Source of the DNA: Tubiluchus corallicola
Lineage: Eukaryota; Animalia; Priapulida
Length of the DNA stretch: 64,000 bases
NCBI GenBank assembly: GCA_030141605.1
Contig: JAQGDQ010002368.1
Location: forward strand, 186,001 to 250,000
Direction: 5' to 3'
This document shows, piece after piece, positions 60,801-64,000 of the stretch (position 1 is its first letter; each line of letters opens with the position of its first letter). Both the position numbers and the translations under genes were made by a program. A model generated the notes under the pieces. The model did no database searches. It was not told the DNA's origin and saw only the letters and a program-made list of their open reading frames with translations.

Positions 60801-63630
60801 GTGGTGATGTTGCAACCTTGTACGAAAATTTGAGAGAAGATTTGCAGAAATTTACAGTTAGATTAGTATCACTCCGGACACTTACGACGAGTTATTAGCT
60901 TTGCTGCAGGACTCGATTACAAAAAAGATGTAAACTTCAGGGACTGGGTTGACCCTTCGTTTAAAAGCTGTTAGTAACCTTTAGGTAACGAACTTTAACT
61001 TCTTGTAAGTTTTCTTGTGCGAGTCATGTTTCACAATTTCAATAAAAATCATAATGATTACTTCTGCTTTTTGTTTAAACTGACAACGATTGTATACTAT
61101 TATTTATGTTATACAATAATTGCATACTTTAATAAAACATAAAGTCGCTTGTTTGTTAAGGCGAAAAATCTTATATTTTATTAATCTTTATTAATCTTAT
61201 TAAATCTTATAATCTTATGCTGAAATATATTAATTGTTGATCGTTAAACAAGAAATAACTAATTGAGTAGTTAATTATTAATCATAAATTCTGAGAGGGA
61301 TCCTCACGAAAATGGAACATGCAATATTTCTACCATGCGGTAATTTTCCTCGTGAGAAGAATACATAGCTTCTAGTTGGCAGCAGAATTCCTCGCGAGGA
61401 ATTGCGGGAGGAAAATTGCCATTGCGAAATGCGCCATGTGTTCCATTTTCGTGAGGAATACCGCAAGGAATTTCTCCTCAACGGATTTTGTCGTCGCCCT
61501 CATTGTGAAATGGGCTTAAGTTTGTAAAAGTAGATAGTTGTCATGATAGTGATTAGTGACTGTCGACAAAGTGTCATCATTATTTTTTTTCGTACTTGTC
61601 CTTATCGTCGTAGTCGTTGTTGTCGTCACTGTCATCATCATCATCATTAATCATTAACATTTGCCATTATAACCCATCATTGTCATTATGATTACCACCG
61701 CTTTCATCATCATCATTATCATCATCATCATCGTCGTCGTCGTCATCATCATTATCATCATCACCATCAAATCATCATCATCATCCATTATCATAGCCAC
61801 CGTCATCATCGTAATCATCATCATCAATGTTATTATCATCATCACCATTATCACTATTATCACCGTCGTCATTATCGCCATTATAAGCATAGTCATCACC
61901 ATCATCACAGTAATTGTCGTTGCCATAGTAAACTGCTTTGTATGTTAAATTATTCATAATTTTAACTTGAAGATTATCATTAATGACCTTTGGACTACCA
62001 TAGCGGCCTTGTGGTTCTCGCATCAGCTTTGTAAGCCGAAAGTCCCTGGTTCAAATCCAGACAGTCTTTCAACTTTTCACATTTCCTTGTTACCAAACTT
62101 TAATTAACTGTGGATTTATTCCGTCATGTTTGTATAGTGTTCTGTTGTTATGGATATCACTGCAATCAAAGAACAACTTCGCATTCAATAAATGACATAA
62201 ATTACAGGTGCGTAGTTACAGCTTAATTATATAATAACATTTATTGTTGGAAAGGCTTTTGAAAAATAAAAGCAGGGCCTTTTGTCTGTTATAACACTTT
62301 TGTTAGATAAAATGCATTTTTATATTTTTTGTTGAAGTAGACTTTTCATTAGTAAGTTTATTTATTTTTCAGCATCTGCTTTAAAGTGCTATGAATGCTG
62401 GGATGTAGCTGATAACAAAGACTGTGTCCAAGAGGAAAATTTAGTAGATTGTAGTACCAAAAAAATAGCTACAGATACATGCGAAACTACGATAAATTAT
62501 CACAGTAAGTTATCACAAAGTGCTTATACTAATGCTTATTGTTGTTATCTATCTCTTGCTATCTACTGTTATTATTACCTACTAAAATTATGTCTGCTTT
62601 AAAATATATGTAAATGTACAAAATATGGCAGTTGATATGGATCTGATGTGTTCCTTGGAGATATTGTCGTTCCACAAAGCAACCGTTTTTTTTTGTTATT
62701 TTTGTGATCGTTTGTTCTTAATGCAGTCTCTTCAGTTGAGAAGCTGTGACTTTGTGAGTTTTGCAAAGTTAGTATATATGTGTCTGCTTGCAGTTGCGAG
62801 TACTACTCTGTGCTGCACTTGAAGGAAAAACAGATTGATCTCAACATGACAAATGTTAAGGCACGTCAACTGGTTTAGAAAATGCACGAAAAAAACAACG
62901 AATTGATTTAAATAAACAAATATCCTTAATACGAAATTCGAAGTTTGTTTCGTTCACGAAGTAAAGATCTAGCACTCTTTAATTTTTTGTCAATTTATAT
63001 TTTAAGCGTTGTAAAAGTTGAATAGCTACCTTCCACATCTGCTTCCACGTTGTCAGTGACCATCTTAATGACGAGTTTTTTTGTCGCAGATTTACATCTT
63101 CTTATCCTTCAATTTGCACTCAATTCGAAAAAAAATGTAAAATGAGTACAGTTTATACTGCAACACGTGGTGTACCACATGGATCGATACTCAGACCGCT
63201 GTTATTTATTTGATCTATTACTGATGACTTATCAACATTGTACTAACAGAGAGCGAACAAATTGGATGAAAGCAAGCAAATTGTCAGTTAACTACGCCAA
63301 GCACATTATTAAAGATTAGCAGTGCAAATTGCTTTTTCTTTTCCAGAAACTACCGGTTACAGCATAACAAAGAAGTGCGCCTTACGTCCCTGTTCTTTAT
63401 CTGTGAATGAATTAATGGGATGGCAGTGCGGAGATACAAACAGAGATGCTTGGACTTGTACTAGGTGCTGTGAGGAAGATGGGTGCAATTACATAGACCC
63501 CAAATCGAAACGTTTTCTGACTGGCAGTAGCAGAGCTAGTACACGGACCAGTGGCACGGAGATCATTATAATAACTGCCTTTGCATCAAGCTTAATAGTT
63601 AAACTCTACTTCAATGGAAACAGGCGGTGA
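54779..63630 (+). CDS. Ly6/uPAR (three-finger) protein B, 12 Cys, tandem paralogue of gene A, 159 aa
   Basis: join(54779..54842,62373..62504,63347..63630) = MMLKLKAWELVLLLVVYSVAKASALKCYECWDVADNKDCVQEENLVDCSTKKIATDTCETTINYHKTTGYSITKKCALRPCSLSVNELMGWQCGDTNRDAWTCTRCCEEDGCNYIDPKSKRFLTGSSRASTRTSGTEIIIITAFASSLIVKLYFNGNRR*. Confidence 0.85.
55730..57948 (+). mobile_element. PIF/Harbinger-derived element with inverted subterminal arms and a transposase N-terminal remnant
   Basis: aaacttttagttgcgcaac...ttttgtaat (about 55837) inverted at about 57860-57894; TTA before ggcccgcg; remnant KRQKRRK*W...GQFYKFYDDLRAHPSKFLSY (about 56700-56810) matches Harbinger GEFxxLxxELRxDPxKFxNY; right boundary approximate. 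Confidence 0.6.
58288..60108. repeat. Near-identical tandem duplication, period 920 bp (about 901-bp unit plus 19-bp junction)
   Basis: 58288-59188 repeats at 59208-60108; the only difference I saw is taaactgcaa versus taaagtgcaa. Confidence 0.95.
60078..61516 (+). mobile_element. PIF/Harbinger element with TIRs and a transposase 5' remnant
   Basis: Ends tta|ggagcatttcaccgtga and cattgtgaaatgggct|taa; about 110-bp inverted arms (60110-60220 versus 61298-61400); an internal extra TIR end cactgtgaaatgggcc at about 60682-60697. Confidence 0.75.
60710..60970 (+). pseudogene. Harbinger transposase N-terminal remnant
   Basis: DSEDDIMLLLSA..YWVYPINKIRQHRGDVATLYENLREDLQKF / TPDTYDELLALLQDSI / KKDVNFRDWVDP matches WVHPINxxRxxxGEFxxLxxELRxDxxKF...TFDELLxxxxxxIxKxDTNFRxxIxP; frameshifted. 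Confidence 0.8.
61600..61925. repeat. Degenerate (CAT/CGT/TAT)n microsatellite
   Basis: Directly visible. Confidence 0.9.
61992..62195 (+). mobile_element. tRNA-derived SINE (Thr-TGT-like head)
   Basis: A-box-like tagcggccttgtgg, anticodon arm tcagc-tttgtaa-gccga, B-box ggttcaaatcc, then a non-tRNA body shared with 683-800. Confidence 0.65.
62373..62504 (+). CDS. Ly6 gene B exon 2 (ASALKCYECWDVADNKDC...DTCETTINYH)
   Basis: tttttcag| acceptor, |gtaagt donor, 132 nt, phase 1-1. Confidence 0.93.
63347..63630 (+). CDS. Ly6 gene B exon 3 (KTTGYSITKKCALRPC...CTRCCEEDGCN plus extended tail)
   Basis: cttttccag| acceptor, TGA stop; overlaps ORF 63322..63630. Confidence 0.93.
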
Positions 63631-64000
63631 GACAGCAAAAGTAATTCCGGTTCAATAATTTTTCTATTATAATGAGTACTATGTAGGCATTATAATTCAA
63701 AGTGGTAAGCTTTAGTTAACAGTATTATATAATCATTTATAGGCCAAAATACATTTAGAACATCGTCCTCAGTTCCACTGATTTCTACTTAATTTGCCTT
63801 ATAAAATGACATCAAAGCGTACAAATTGCATTTCATGGTAACAATAGAAAAGTTAGCAATAATTCAGTATAATGGGCATCATCTTTTACTTGACTGCTGC
63901 TTTAAATCGCATCAGCTACTTTTCTATTTCATTGTTTCCGTCATCACAAATATTCCTTGTTGGTGCAAGAGTCTTCTACAACAGCGTCAACTGAAACATT

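Noticed and set aside
61992-62067. Functional tRNA-Thr gene
   Set aside because: Acceptor and D stems pair poorly, the anticodon stem has a mismatch, and the downstream body is shared with another copy, which indicates a SINE.

Overview
AT-rich eukaryotic (invertebrate animal) genomic DNA with GT-AG spliceosomal genes, so most entries in the six-frame ORF track are spurious or partial exons. I reconstructed three + strand genes by hand from splice sites and reading-frame phase. (1) The 3' part (11 exons, 375-12560, about 471 aa) of a type-I membrane protein with four six-cysteine PAN/apple-like modules, a Pro/Thr stalk, one TM helix and a short tail. (2) A 12-cysteine Ly6/uPAR (three-finger, LYPD6-like spacing) gene, 14112-49253, probably GPI-anchored, whose signal-peptide exon lies 31.5 kb from the next coding exon. 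(3) Its tandem paralogue, 54779-63630, with an identical 132-nt second exon but a KSKR-containing, extended C-terminus. The introns hold many decayed mobile elements: Academ-type DNA transposon remnants (one with long TIRs), two PIF/Harbinger elements with transposase remnants, foldback/MITE families, CR1/L2- and RTE-type LINE fragments, tRNA-derived SINEs, a probable solo LTR and microsatellites. There is also a near-identical 920-bp tandem duplication with a templated junction insertion. No prokaryotic systems (CRISPR, operons) are present. Family assignments rest on motif recognition only; no database searches were run.
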